DNA of 63,815 bases, the filler included, from Reclinomonas americana ATCC 50394 (Eukaryota), in the NCBI GenBank assembly GCA_048213135.1. It is 15 parts of 15 records of this genome, joined end to end, with 100 filler letters (N's around TTAATTAATTAA, not from the genome) between each part and the next. Parts side by side here need not be neighbours in the genome. Positions count along the whole stretch, not along the records: positions 37,891 to 41,079 come from AFZH01023524.1; positions 41,180 to 52,955 come from AFZH01023525.1; 13 more parts are not named here. One strand, 5' to 3'. Below the pieces are notes generated by a model that saw only the letters and a program-made list of their open reading frames with translations, searched no databases and was not told where the DNA came from. Positions 38,451 through 50,436 of the stretch are shown piece by piece. How positions within the stretch are numbered: the first letter of the stretch is position 1; every line of letters begins with the position of its first letter. The position numbers were made by a program, and so were the translations under genes.

Positions 38451-40372
38451 AGTCATCCTTCATCTTCCCCTCCAACGCCCAGTCGGCCAGCGACGAGCAC
38501 GTGACGGCAGTCACCCGTCGCGTGCTGGAGCGACGCATGGCCAGTCGCGCACCTCCACCTCCTCCCGCCGCGGTGTCGCCCACGGCAGTGGCGATGCTGC
38601 GACCACTGCTGCTGACGCCGCCTTCGCGTTCGGATCGCGATCGCAACGACGATGATAACACGAGTGGAGATAGTCCGTTCACGGCCCTGTCACCGCGCGA
38701 GCGACTGGAGGCGCAGTTGGAGGCGGAACGAGTGGCACCGCATCCGTTGCAGTGGACGCATAGCAGTGATGCGAGCAGTGAGGGCGAGAGCGAGGCGACG
38801 GCGGAGAAGGAGGTGGAAGAGGAGGAGGAGGAGGCGAAGCCGCGGGAGACGGTGGTGACCATGTCAACTGCGCGGGCACCGGAAGAGGTGGAGATGAGTG
38901 AGGTGCCGATTCCGTGGGTGCAGCACAAGGAGAGCAGCGGGCGACGGTTGTGTTGGTGTCGCACGCTGCTGGTGGTGCTGGTGGTGGCGCATGTGCTGCT
39001 GTTTTATGTGCTGGTGGGCATGGTGTTTAAGCTGTCGCCGGCGGTGTTTTCGTCGAGATTCAACTTTGCGTCGACCACGTTTAATCGTTGCGTTGGATGG
39101 GGGGAAAGAGTGTGGTGGAGAGAAAGGCGATTCTGACTTGCGGCGCAGAGCTGTCGAGTTCCACAATTGTGGCGACAGCGTCGGTGAGTGCGCCGAGTGT
39201 GAGTGTGCTCTCGAATGCCACGGATGCGGAGCTGCTGGTGTCGTCCTCGCAAACGGCGCGATTGAGATTATCTTCCAGCAGCAGCAACAGCAGTCGCGGA
39301 TATTCATTATTCAGCGACGGCAATACGCAGCGGCTGGTGCTCGCACGCAACGACGAGCAGCTGCTGGAGTTTACTCTGCAGAGAATAGATGGGATCACGC
39401 GCAGTCGTCGGTCAGTTGTTGTGTCACACGGCGCGTCAAGGTGAAGGGAAACTGAATTGTCTTTACAGCCTTCTGCAGCAAGACGAAGCTGCCAGTCGCT
39501 CGGTGCTGCGCATCGCTCCGACGCAGGTGCAGCTGGGCGACAGCTCCACCGCCGACGTTACGTGGGCGCGCGTGAAGACGACTACTGCTGGTGGACAGAC
39601 GACGGTGGCTGGCCAGAGTAGTGTTGCGTTGCCTCTGCGAATGATGGCGTGCCGAGTTGAGGCGACTGAACTCTTGCGCAGACGCTGGACACGGGCGGTC
39701 ATGTGGTGTTGGCGGCTGGTTCGGGAACGCGTGGTGGCGATGTGCGCGTCACGGCTGGCAGTGGATCACAGAGTTGAGGAGATTGTTTGCCGTTCATTGC
39801 TCTTCTTAGTCTGACGCGATTCGACAGGTGAGGGTGGAGGCGGTAGTGTGCTGCTGTCAGCCGGCAGTGCGACATCGGCACGGCAGTCGGGCATCATTCA
39901 AGCGTTCGGTCGCGCCTTCCAAGTCGCACCGGCGGGCGCACCAACCGAGTTGGTGGCCGGCGAGTTGCAGATTGGCACGCGTGCCGACATGTCGCTGTTT
40001 TACACGTTGCGGGCGACGGACGAGGCGCTGTCGATTGTCAATCAGCAAGGCGAGGCGATTTTCTCGTTTCCATCCAGCGGAGCCATTACGTTTGAGAAGC
40101 CGGTGGCGTTTGGAGGGGAAGTGTCGGCGTCCACCTCCACGGGTGATGCGCAGCTGTCGGCGTCCACCAGTGTCGGCTGTTGCGTCCTTTTCGGTGGCAC
40201 AAAGGGGAGTGATATCAACTCACTCTCTCTTTGTACAGCGTCTGCGGCGCGAGTCACGCTGAGTGTGGCCTCACATACTGCTGTGCTGGATCTCAGTGGA
40301 GCTCTCGGTCGCCTGCAGCTGGCGACGAGTGATTTGCCGCTGGAGTTGGTGGCTGGCGGGTCGGGCATCAAG
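38451..40372 (+). CDS. Type II membrane-anchored protein N-terminus, probably the 5' half of the S74 fibre gene on the next contig
   Basis: A Pro-rich and acidic region is followed by the hydrophobic stretch TLLVVLVVAHVLLFYVLVGMVF and then beta-rich exons. The contig flanks at 41030-41062 and 41212-41244 share gaaggaaagatggaatgttggcaagggacagaga. Confidence 0.55.
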
Positions 40373-41720
40373 GTGGGTGATGGGGGAAAGGGGACATGGA
40401 GGGGAAGGGGAGGGGAAGGGGAAAGGGAGAGGGAGAGGGAGGGGGATGGAGGGAAGGGAGGGAGGGAGGGACAGAAGGTGCGCAGCAGAGAGTACAGATG
40501 CAAGGGTGTTTCTTTCATACATCATGTGGTGCAGGAAAGAGATCAGAAGGGTAGAGAGAGAGAGAGAAAGATAGAGAGAAGCGAAATGCACTGCTGAGTG
40601 CAGAATTTTAATGTGTCGTTTTTCTAATGTCATGCAGTGCAGGCGTAAGAGAGCGGAATGGGAGAAAGAAAATGAGTGAGCGACGGAGGTGAACGGGCAG
40701 GCGGGCAGAAGAGAGAGAGGGATAAGTGAGTACAGAAGAGTGTGTTGTTTCCTTCGTCGTGCAGTGTACAGAGAGAGAGATAGACCTTGGGTAGACAGAC
40801 AGAGAGATAAACAGGGAGTGCGTGAGAGAAAAGAGAGAGATAGAGAGAGGCAGATAGAAACAGACACTCAGCAAGCAAAGAAAGAGAAAGGCATAGACAA
40901 TAAGAGTACGCGAGAGAGAAGTGTTTGACTGAGAACACAGAAGAGATAGGAAAGGTACAGACAGACGGACAGAGAGTAGAGTGAGAAAACTGGATGAGAC
41001 GCTCTATCTGCACTCGACGATGCTTGTCTGAAGGAAAGATGGAATGTTGGCAAGGGACAGAGAAAGAGAGAGAGAGAAANNNNNNNNNNNNNNNNNNNNN
41101 NNNNNNNNNNNNNNNNNNNNNNNTTAATTAATTAANNNNNNNNNNNNNNNNNNNNNNNNNNNNNNNNNNNNNNNNNNNNATATTCTGCATCCGACAATAC
41201 TTGTCGGGAACGAAGGAAAGATGGAATGTTGGCAAGGGACAGAGAATGAGAGAGAGAATGAGACGGCGGCAGAGGAAGGGACACAGAAAGAGAGAGAGAG
41301 ATTGGGCGGAAACAGGGAAGCAGACTGTGTTGTCTTTCTTTTGTCATGCAGAACAGGGGAGAGAGAAAATAGGTCGAAAATAGAGAGAAGGAGAGAGAAG
41401 GAGAGAAAAGGAGAGAAAAGGAGAGAGAAGGAGAGATAGAAAGAGAGAAAGAGAAAGAGAGAAAGAGCGTGGGAGAGAAGAATACAATCTGAAAAGCTCA
41501 CAGAGACAGAAACCTTGAAAGATTCACATATTCTGCATCCGACGATCCTTGTCGGGAGAGAAGGAAAAAGAGATTGTGTGAGAAAGACAGAGACGGAGAC
41601 AGATACAGAGACAGAGAAAATAAGACAGCACAACGGAAAGCACAGAAGAGAGCGTGATGCCTTTGTTGCGTCAAGAGATGTCAGAAAGTCCCTCTTTCTC
41701 ACCCGCCTTTCCCCCCACTC

Positions 41721-44614
41721 CAGCTCCTGTCGCCCGTGGAACTCACCACCGCGGCACCGGCGACGACCACGGTATTCTCGGTCAATGGCGGCGGCGCCAC
41801 GCTGCTTGGGGGATCGCTGACGGTACAAGGTGCCGCCACGTTCGCCGGCGACATCACCGGCTCGCACACGCTGTCCGTGAGTGGCGCCGCGACGCTGTCG
41901 GGTGGTGCCACCGTGTCGGGAGGCCTGTTGGTGACTGGTGCATTCACGGTCAGCGGCCCCGCCACCTTTGGTGGCTCCCTCAGCATTGCGCAACCGCTGA
42001 CGGTGATGGGTGACTTTGCGGTCGGCGACGGATTCAAGCTAACGGTGGGTTCATCTGCCGGCGGTGGACATTTGGTGGTCAACGGGCCCTCCGACCTCGT
42101 CGGCAACACCACAGTGACGGGTACGCTGGAGGCCACCGGGGCCGCCACCCTCGACTCCACGCTGTCCGTGTCGGGCGACGGCAGTGTGGCGGGCGCGCTC
42201 ACCGTGGGTGGCACTATGACCACGCGCGCCGTCAACATTGTGAGTGCCGATCTGGCGCTGGACACGGGCAACATCACCGTCGGTGGCACACTGACGGTCG
42301 CCGGCAACGTGCAAATGACGACGGGCACGCTGTCGGTGCCGGCCGGCGCCGTGACCCTCGGCTCCACCCTCTCCACCGCAGGCGCCGTGCATTTCACCAA
42401 CACGCTGGATGTGAGTGATGCCGTCACGCTCGGCGCCTCGCTCTCTGTGGCCGCCACGGCCACGCTCTCCACGGCCACGGTCAGCACACTGCTAAACGTC
42501 ACGGGCGCCACCGACCTCGGCGCGGTGACCGTGAATGGCGCACTGACGGCCGCGGGCGCGGCGAATTTGTCCACCACGGCCGTCGGCGACACGCTGAGCG
42601 TGACGGGCGCCACGGCGCTGCAGGGTGCGGCGACCGTCAACAACGACTTGACGGTCACCGGCAGCACGACCGTGTCGGGGATCAGTGTTGGCGGTGTGGC
42701 GGTCTTCAACGACAATGTGTCGATTGTGACGCCCAAGACGCTGTCGGTGAGCGGGGTGACGACGGTGGCGGCCGATTTGTCGGTGACGGCGGGGGCGGTG
42801 TGGGTGAGTCCGCCGGCGATGGATGCGAATGGGGCGGTGGTGTTGCAGTATAATAGTGATGCACCGACGGCGGTGCCGGCGCCGGGGGCGGGGTGGACGG
42901 CGATGTTTTTTCAGCAGCATATGGGGGTGGAGAAGGTGGGTGGGGGGAAGGGGGAGATAAGGGGAAGGGAGAAGGGGGAGATAAGGGGAAGGGGAAGGGG
43001 AAGAGGGAAGGGGGGAAGGGAGAAGGGAATAGGATGGAGAGAGATACGTCCTGCTCAGTGCGAATCTTCACGTTACTTTGAGCTGTGGAAATGGCGGCTG
43101 TACTCTCGTAGGTATGCTTCTTATTCTTCCTCTTGTCGTTCAATAAGCCAGCTGGGAATGAACCAACGACAATCCGTGAGAAAGAAGAAGACGAAGAAGC
43201 AGAAGAAGAAGCAGAAGAAGAAGAAGAAGAAGAAGAAGAACAAGAAGAACAAGAACAAGAACAAGATCAAGATCAAGATCAAGAACAAGAAGAAGAAGAA
43301 GAACAAGAAGAAGAAGAAGAAGAAGCAGAAGAAGAAGAAGGAAAAGAAGGGGGAGGAGACGACGACGAGCACTTGAGCGATCACTCGTTCTATTGCTTCA
43401 CTACACACTTGTATATCAATCCTTTGAGGTCCTCGTGAGGTTGACTCACGTCAACGTTCTTCTTCTCCATCTTCTTATATCTCTCTCTCTCTGTTCACCT
43501 TGTGCTCGTCAAGTGCCCTGTTCTTCATTTCTTTTCGTCCTCCTCTTTCTGTCCTCCCTCTTCTCCTCCTTGTTCCTCTTCTTCTTAGCAGAACGCCCTC
43601 TCTCGTCACGCTTCACCTTGTGCTCTTCAACTGTCCTCTTCTCCTTCTTGTTTTCGTTCTTCTTGTGCTTGTTCTTCTTCTTCATTGTTGTTGTTGTCGT
43701 TGTTGTTGTTGTTGCTGTTGTTATTTTGTCCTCGTTGTTTTTATGTTGTTGTTATTGTTGTTGTTTTCTTCTTCTTCTTTTCTTCCTCTCCTTCTTCTTC
43801 TTCTTCTTCTTCTTCTCCTTCTCCTTCTTCTTCTCCTTCTTCTTCCTGTTCTTCTTTCTTCTCCTTCTTCTTGTTTGTTCTTCTTCTTGGTCTCCTTCTG
43901 TTGTCTGCTCTTCTCCTCTTATCTCTTCTTCTTGTTCTTGTTCTTGTTCTTCTTTTCTTCTTCCTTCTTCTTCTTCTTCTGTTTTTCTTCTTTTTTTCTC
44001 ATATTGTTGTCTCCTCTTCTCTTCCCTCTTGTTCTTCTTATTATTTGTGTTCTTCTTCTTCTTCTTCTTGGTCAACCTTGCGCTCATCAACTGTTCTCCG
44101 CACCCAGTTGCACTTTGTGAATTCGGCTGGCACTCTCATGTTCTACGACACGCCACAAACGTCGGATGGGCGCTTCAAGAAGGACCTGGAGAGGCTCTCC
44201 GATTCTTCTGCTTTTCGCGTGACCGATCGGCTGCGCTCGGTACACTCGTACAAGTACACGTGGGCCGACAATGCGGCGGAGCTCGGCATCAAGCCCGGCA
44301 CGCGCGAGTACGGGCTGGTGGCGCAGCAGCTGGAGGAGGCGTTTCCGGAGCTGCACGACGGCGGCGTGAATGGCATGGTGCAGTACACGGTGGATGGGCG
44401 GAAGCGGCCGTTCCGGGTGATTCGGATGACGGCGGTGACGGCGGTGCTGATTGATGCTGTTAATGAGCACACGACGGAGTTGGAGGTGGTGGAGCAGCAG
44501 CTGGGGGAGGAGAGGAGGCGCAGGGAGGAGCTGGAGAGGCGGGTGGAGGAGTTGGAGGGGAGGTTGAGGGAGCAGGGGGAGGTGTTGGAGAGGTTGGTGA
44601 GGAGGTGGGGGTGA
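41721..44614 (+). CDS. Beta-repeat fibre protein with C-terminal peptidase S74 intramolecular chaperone (ICA) domain and coiled coil
   Basis: About 390 aa of repeats such as GSLTVQGAATF and STLSVSGDGSV. The last exon (from 44108) has TSDGRFKKDL (Ser 44162-44164, Lys 44177-44179), YGLVAQQLEEAFPEL, and LIDAVNE followed by a coiled coil. Confidence 0.85.
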
Positions 44615-44755
44615 GCGGTAAAGCAAGCCCGAACGGGATGATTGTGCGTGACACTCACAGTTTGTGCACCTTGCAATTGTTTATTGCAGTCCAATCGATT
44701 GCTGACTTTTGCGAACAAGTGGCACAAGCACTATAGCTGCGATGTCCTCCAGCGA

Positions 44756-45577
44756 TTAAAATGGCGTAAAGCGCCAGTACTGATCGCGGTTGCCAAGTTC
44801 CTTCGGCTTCTGAACGACACGATCGATCGCTTCGTTTTGCGTGTGTCTGGCATACGCGAGCTGTCCGAATTGCACGCCATGTTCGACGTGATCGTGAACG
44901 ATCTGGAGAGCCTTGCCGCTGTGAACACAGGATATCACAAACTCTGCTGCTTCTCCGACTTGTTCAATCCGGAATCGCTGGTTAGCTCCCCTGTGCAGTG
45001 GCCACGCGATAACGCGAGCGCCATCGGCCTTCGACTCGCCAGCAACGTCGAGAACAAGGTCGTTGCGGACCGCTTGGATGAACCACGTGTTGTCGCCGGC
45101 TGGAACGAATCGAAAGCGTTGACCACCTGAAGAAGCCCGTTCGGAAATTGGCTGAATGATTTCATCCCCTTTGTTGCCAGATCCCGCGCTCTCCAGTGGG
45201 CATCTGCTGTTCACGCAAGTGATGTAGTACTCGGTGTCTTTGAGAACTGGGAACACACGACGGAGCAAGACAGAGAACGTACGCGTAAGTGTGACGACAA
45301 TTGCACCAATTGCAAGATCTAGAAACGAAAACATGAAGTCTGCGCAACTTCTCGTCACCGGGGCTGTGCAGTCGAACCACCAACTTATTCCAGGCCCAAT
45401 CTCGACATGGCGGTAGATGGATGTCGCAGGCGGTTCGCAAATGGCTCGCCGCAGTCCAATCGCCACACAATCAACTTCACACTCCCGACTTCCCACTGCC
45501 ACATAGACCCTGCGTCCTCGCCATTCCGGGTAGCCGTTGTGGTTCACACTGCCGTCGAAGAATCCGCCTCCACCCAT
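44756..45577 (-). CDS. Ricin-B (beta-trefoil) lectin domain protein, apparently intronless
   Basis: GQRFRF, LVLDVAGESKADGARVIAWPLHRGANQRFRI, VHSGKAL and DQYWRF are QxW-type repeats. Confidence 0.85.
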   Translation of the reverse strand: MGGGGFFDGSVNHNGYPEWRGRRVYVAVGSRECEVDCVAIGLRRAICEPPATSIYRHVEIGPGISWWFDCTAPVTRSCADFMFSFLDLAIGAIVVTLTRTFSVLLRRVFPVLKDTEYYITCVNSRCPLESAGSGNKGDEIIQPISERASSGGQRFRFVPAGDNTWFIQAVRNDLVLDVAGESKADGARVIAWPLHRGANQRFRIEQVGEAAEFVISCVHSGKALQIVHDHVEHGVQFGQLAYARHTQNEAIDRVVQKPKELGNRDQYWRFTPF

Positions 45578-45994
45578 GCTATTTAGAACTTCCTTGGAGA
45601 ATCACTGCTCACAAAACTTGAGAAATCGTGGTGGTACTTTTTGTCCATTTTATTTTCGAATTTGGCTCATTTGACAAGACAGGATTTGCGAGTCGCCCGG
45701 GACCTCTATGTAAATATAGCGAGAAGGAAACATTCGCTGAACCGTACGCCAACGATGATCATGAGCAGGTCAGTGACATCCAACATCGCAGACGAAAGAT
45801 TTGCAGGTTCGTAATATTTATATTACTAATCATTGGAAATACGTGTGCGATGCGCAGTAGGCATTACATAATGCACCGCTTTGCAAAGCAGACGCTGTGT
45901 CTACACGATATCAGTGCGCAGCTTCGCTGCGCCTTGTCGCAAGCATATGCGCTGTCTGGAAAATCTAGAATGACAAAAATAAATCTGTATCTGT

Positions 45995-46849
45995 ATGTGC
46001 AAAGGTCTGACACGCCACGTCCGACTCGTCGTTGACAGGACAACTCAGAGCGGTACCGAGCGACTCGACCGCGATCCGCGAATTGAGCCAGCCCTCAAAG
46101 TGTTTTTTTTTAACTGGCCTGTCGGAGAGATTATCGAGAGAAAGCAGGCGACATGGGAAGCGGCAACAGCAAAGATTTGGATCCGTACTACGCACCACGA
46201 CCACAGTGGTACCACGATGCCGCCTCCGGTGTTCCAGAATGTTGCGCAATGTTGCAGTGCTGTTGTTATATATCATCGATGTCATACATGAATACGTATA
46301 CGTACATGTTTCCGCAGCGCTGGCCGGCTGCATGTTCAGCACGTTGTGCTAACGGATATTCTTGCGCACAGATATCCCAGGTGCAGATGCAAGACTTGTG
46401 TCCGCAGAGATGATGAAGTCTGAGATTCGCCTTCGAGGATCGTATCATTGGGGAGTCGCCTTGTCGTTCACGGACGGCAGCATCATGGTGGCTCAGTTCC
46501 ACTGCCACGAGAGCCGTGTCGACTTGTACCGATACTTGGAACGAGAGGAAGCTGTTCGCTGCGTGCGCGCTTTCGGAGGACTCGGCGGATTCGTGCACTG
46601 CGATGATGTTCCAGTCGCAAAATCGAAACATTGCAAGATGACAATTCGCGACCTTGTCGAGTGGTACGGCTGCAGAACATCACATTTCCGCCTCGTTGGT
46701 TCACTGATGTCCCTTGCAGGTGCCATCAACGAAAACTCGCGCATCCACAATATCACTTGCTCAAGAACAACTGTCACACGTTTGGTCGCGCTCTTGCGGT
46801 GCACCTCGGCGATGGTGTCGCCCCCGCATGTGCGTCGTACGTAGTCTAA
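45995..46849 (+). CDS. Permuted papain-like peptidase (PPPDE/DeSI or LRAT-like)
   Basis: YHWGV (His 46446-46448) and, after intron 46664-46719, QYHLLKNNCHTF (Cys 46772-46774). The start is uncertain. Confidence 0.7.
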
Positions 46850-47015
46850 TCAGCAAGTGCGAGCGGAATGCAAGCTGAGACGACTTGCAAGCGGCAACGC
46901 TGGATCCGGATGACAACCGTAAACGTATTCGCAGCTAGCTGCTGTTACCCGTAACGATTGCGAATGAATTCTGTGGCAGAGTTGTGACGATCTGCACGGA
47001 CCATCACTCTCCTGC

Positions 47016-50000
47016 TCACTTTGAAGGCCCAGCCAGTCCTTCTCCTCCCACAGCTTCGCCCTCTGTTGCCTCGTTCAAACGCCTCAGTTCGTCTAGCACA
47101 TACGATGCCGACACGCGTGTTGCTTGTGGCCTCTGCATCACATGCGCAGTGAGCAGCCACCTCTCCCAGCAACACGATACACTTCACCAACACGCAACCC
47201 AGCACTGCCGTATAAGATTGCGAACATCCTCTGGCACGGCAGCCCGCACACTCTCATCGTCAAGATCGGCGGGTGGAATGCCCGTACGCATGGAATGTAG
47301 AATCGCCTGAAGAGTCACTCCACTGAACGGTTCCTGACGAGTGAAGATGAACCAGAGCAGGGAACCAAGTCCATACACATCTGCCCTTTCATCGTACTGC
47401 GAATAGTGAATGGCACGTGAGTGAATACCACTCTCACAGTTGCTCAACAAGAGAAGAGAATGTCATCTCTGCACCTCCTGATCCAGCATGGCCTCGGGTG
47501 CAGCGTACGCAGCAGTACCGTGGTTTGATTGCATCTTGCCAAGAGTGCCATGAATCTTGGCCTCCCCAAAGTCGCACACCTTGGCCACGAGTCGGTCCTC
47601 GCTGATGAGGATGTCTGTGACCATGCAGAGAGGAAACAGGGTCAGCAGATACAGAAGCAAGCGATTGACCTCGCAAATGTGTCCACTGTCCTCTCACTCT
47701 CTCATCTTCTCTCTTGCATTAACACCTCATTATCCTCTTCTCGTGCGCCCCGCCCCCCCCCCCCCCCCCAAAAAAAAAACCCTCTCCAAGACGCAACTCT
47801 GCGGTTTGAGATCCCGATGCACCACTCGTCGCGAGTGCATGTGCACCACCGCCGATGCTACTTGCACGAGTAGACTGAGCAGGTGCGGAGTCGACGTCCG
47901 CTCATCCTTCACCAGGTCGTGCAGCGTCTCGGCAATGCCTTTTTCTTCATCCTCGCCACCGACGAATTCAAGAACAAGACCGAGACCACTCGGGTCGTCG
48001 TTGCACACGGCCATCAGTTTCACAATGTGTGGGTGACTATTTGTGCAAGGTAGGTGATCATGAGCGACACGGTTCCGATTCAAGTGCAACGTACATCTAC
48101 AAGGACGCAACTCAAGTTGCATCAACAGAGCGTGTTCGTTCTCGAAGCACGCATGAATGCGTTTCCAGTCTGCCGATTGCGCATCTCGAGCTTGTCTCCT
48201 GACCAAGTATCGTTTGTACGCCACAGTCTGTGACACACCGCCGAGGCGGAGAGTTGCATGGAAGACAGAATTTTGACCTGCGTAGATGAAGAAACACATG
48301 TGATGAGCATCTGCTCGCTCGTCCAGATGCAGACGTACGCAGGCGATCACACCGACGGCAATCTGTCTAGAGGTCGTCAAGTCAGAGAACGGCACAACGG
48401 GTGCGCGTATGGCGAATCTGGCTGCTCTCTCCGTCACCAACTCGGCCGTCACATTGATGCGACACACACCTGCATTCAAGGAGAATGAGATGAGAGAATG
48501 AACATTTCAAGTTGTGGATGTTGCTGCCGCAACTCTCGTATGCTTGGAATAAGAGACGAACGCTCTCGTGCCGCCCGTCGGGGAACAGCGTGTGGAGCGA
48601 GTCGCGAACCAACCGCATGACGCTCACGTATTCCGCGTCTTCAAGTGCAGACAGACGAGCCAGGTGAGACACGCGATGGCGCACATCTCGCAGGTTCTCC
48701 ACGGCTCGAATCTGCAAGCAGATTGGTCTTGAGAACGCTCGTCGACTATGATGGCACAAGCGGGAGGGTACCTTGGCGGGGTCAGCAAGAAGGCGCACAG
48801 CCACACGGTCTTCGTTTGTAACAGGATCGAGACGGACGACACTCTCAAGCAGATCCTCATCACAGCAGGCAGAGATAGGAACGAATGTTGTGTACAGCAG
48901 CAGAGTGCTCAGCAGCGACACATCCATGCCCGCTGTCACCCCACTCCGCTTGAACTCGCGGATTGCCTCGTAGTTGGAAGGGAATAACTCGACGGAGCGC
49001 ATGCGAATGTTGCCGCGCTTGTCCAGGGTCATTCGACAGTATCTGTGACGAAGAATGAGCACATCAAAGTCTGGCGCACCCTAGGCACTCTCTCTCCTTC
49101 AGCACCTGGGCGGTGGAGCTGAGAGACAGAGTTGAGCGATGTCGAATTCGTCGGGGAAGAAGCAAGCGATGATTTTTAGCAGCAACGAGCCGAGTGCCAG
49201 TGGAATGATCTCGTGCACGACTTCGGTGAGCATCAAGATGGGACGACGATCACTGCACAATCCAGTGAGTCGACTTCAAGCATTAGAACAGGCAAGGAGT
49301 GAGTCACGAAGCAACCTGAGAAAGTCCATGTGGAAAAGAGCGCGCAATTGGGCTTCCATCTCGTGCACTCTTTGCCGTTCAGCAGCAAGGTTGGCTTGCA
49401 ACTGGGTAATCATTCGTTGATCTTCAGCATACGCCTCTTGCAACTCAGCATCTGCACCTCGCAGTTCAGTTATGATATCTTCGAGTTCCCGTCGCTCCTG
49501 ATTCCACTCTCGCTGCTGTTGCCAGCGCTCCTGCTGCATGACTTCGAAGTCGAGCTGGAGTTGGGCGATGAGCGCGTCTTTGTCAGCGTGCAGGCATGCC
49601 GCGGCGTCGCCAGCGTCGACCTCCTGCACATAGGCAAACCAGCAGAGTCAATCGCAAAGCACACACAAGATGTGAAAACAAACACACAGAAGCCAGAGAA
49701 TACATCTCACCTGGCGTAGCGGCACTGCATGCATTGAAAAGTGTCAAACAAAGGAAACATTAATTAATGCAGGAGAGTGTGAGGGGATGTATACATCAAT
49801 TTGCCGTCTGAGCGAGGGCACACCTGCTGATGGTTGTAATGCTGCTGCATGCTCCGCGGCAAGACGATCTAATAACTCGGCAACTTGTGGATTGCCCTCC
49901 TCATGGTGTGCCCACTGAGCCGCTGTCTTGCCCTTATTGTCAACCATGGGAATGAGATCGGGATAGCGAGTGGCGAGGAGTCGCACAATGGCTTCATGGC

Positions 50001-50436
50001 CTTCCTCGGCAGCACAGTGCAGCGCAGTCCACTGCTCTGTTTTGGTGACCGCCCGCACCATCTCCGGCGGACATCGTCGCTCATCAGCCAGCAACCACTC
50101 CACCACGTGCGGATGCCCCCACCTGGCAGCGGTAATCAGTGGCGTCCCGCCATCGCCGACGACCATTTGTGCGAGTTGTGGCCCGACGCCACTCTCCGCC
50201 CACAAATACTCCAACACACAGACATGTCCTCTGTAAGCAGCCCAGTAAAACGCGGAGCGATCACCAGCCATCTCCGCTTTCTTCAGCAGTGTATGTGCGC
50301 CCTCACGTGCAACCAACTCGCGCAGTGCGTTCACATCGCCATTCATCCCCAGTCGCCATGCTTTCTTCCTCTCATCACTATTTACGAGCGCAAGTGTCAC
50401 AGAGTGCGAGAAGAGAAGAGCAGGCAATATATACAC
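47016..50436 (-). CDS. Ankyrin repeat / coiled-coil / HEPN-like / TKL-type protein kinase
   Basis: Ankyrin motifs (TPLITAARWGH, TALHCAAEEGH), a coiled coil (49330-49620), MDVSLLSTLLL...VENLRDVRHRVSH, and kinase motifs VAYK, HPHIVKL, HRDLKPQ, DFG, GTAAYAAPE and DVYGLG. The final exon is RPQATRVSASYVLDELRRL...PSK*. Confidence 0.8.

Noticed and set aside
43121..44090. Poly-K, poly-E and poly-F/L ORFs (also 37500-38350 and 51380-52115)
   Set aside because: These are translations of (GAA)n, (CTT)n and (GA)n microsatellites in introns or intergenic DNA.
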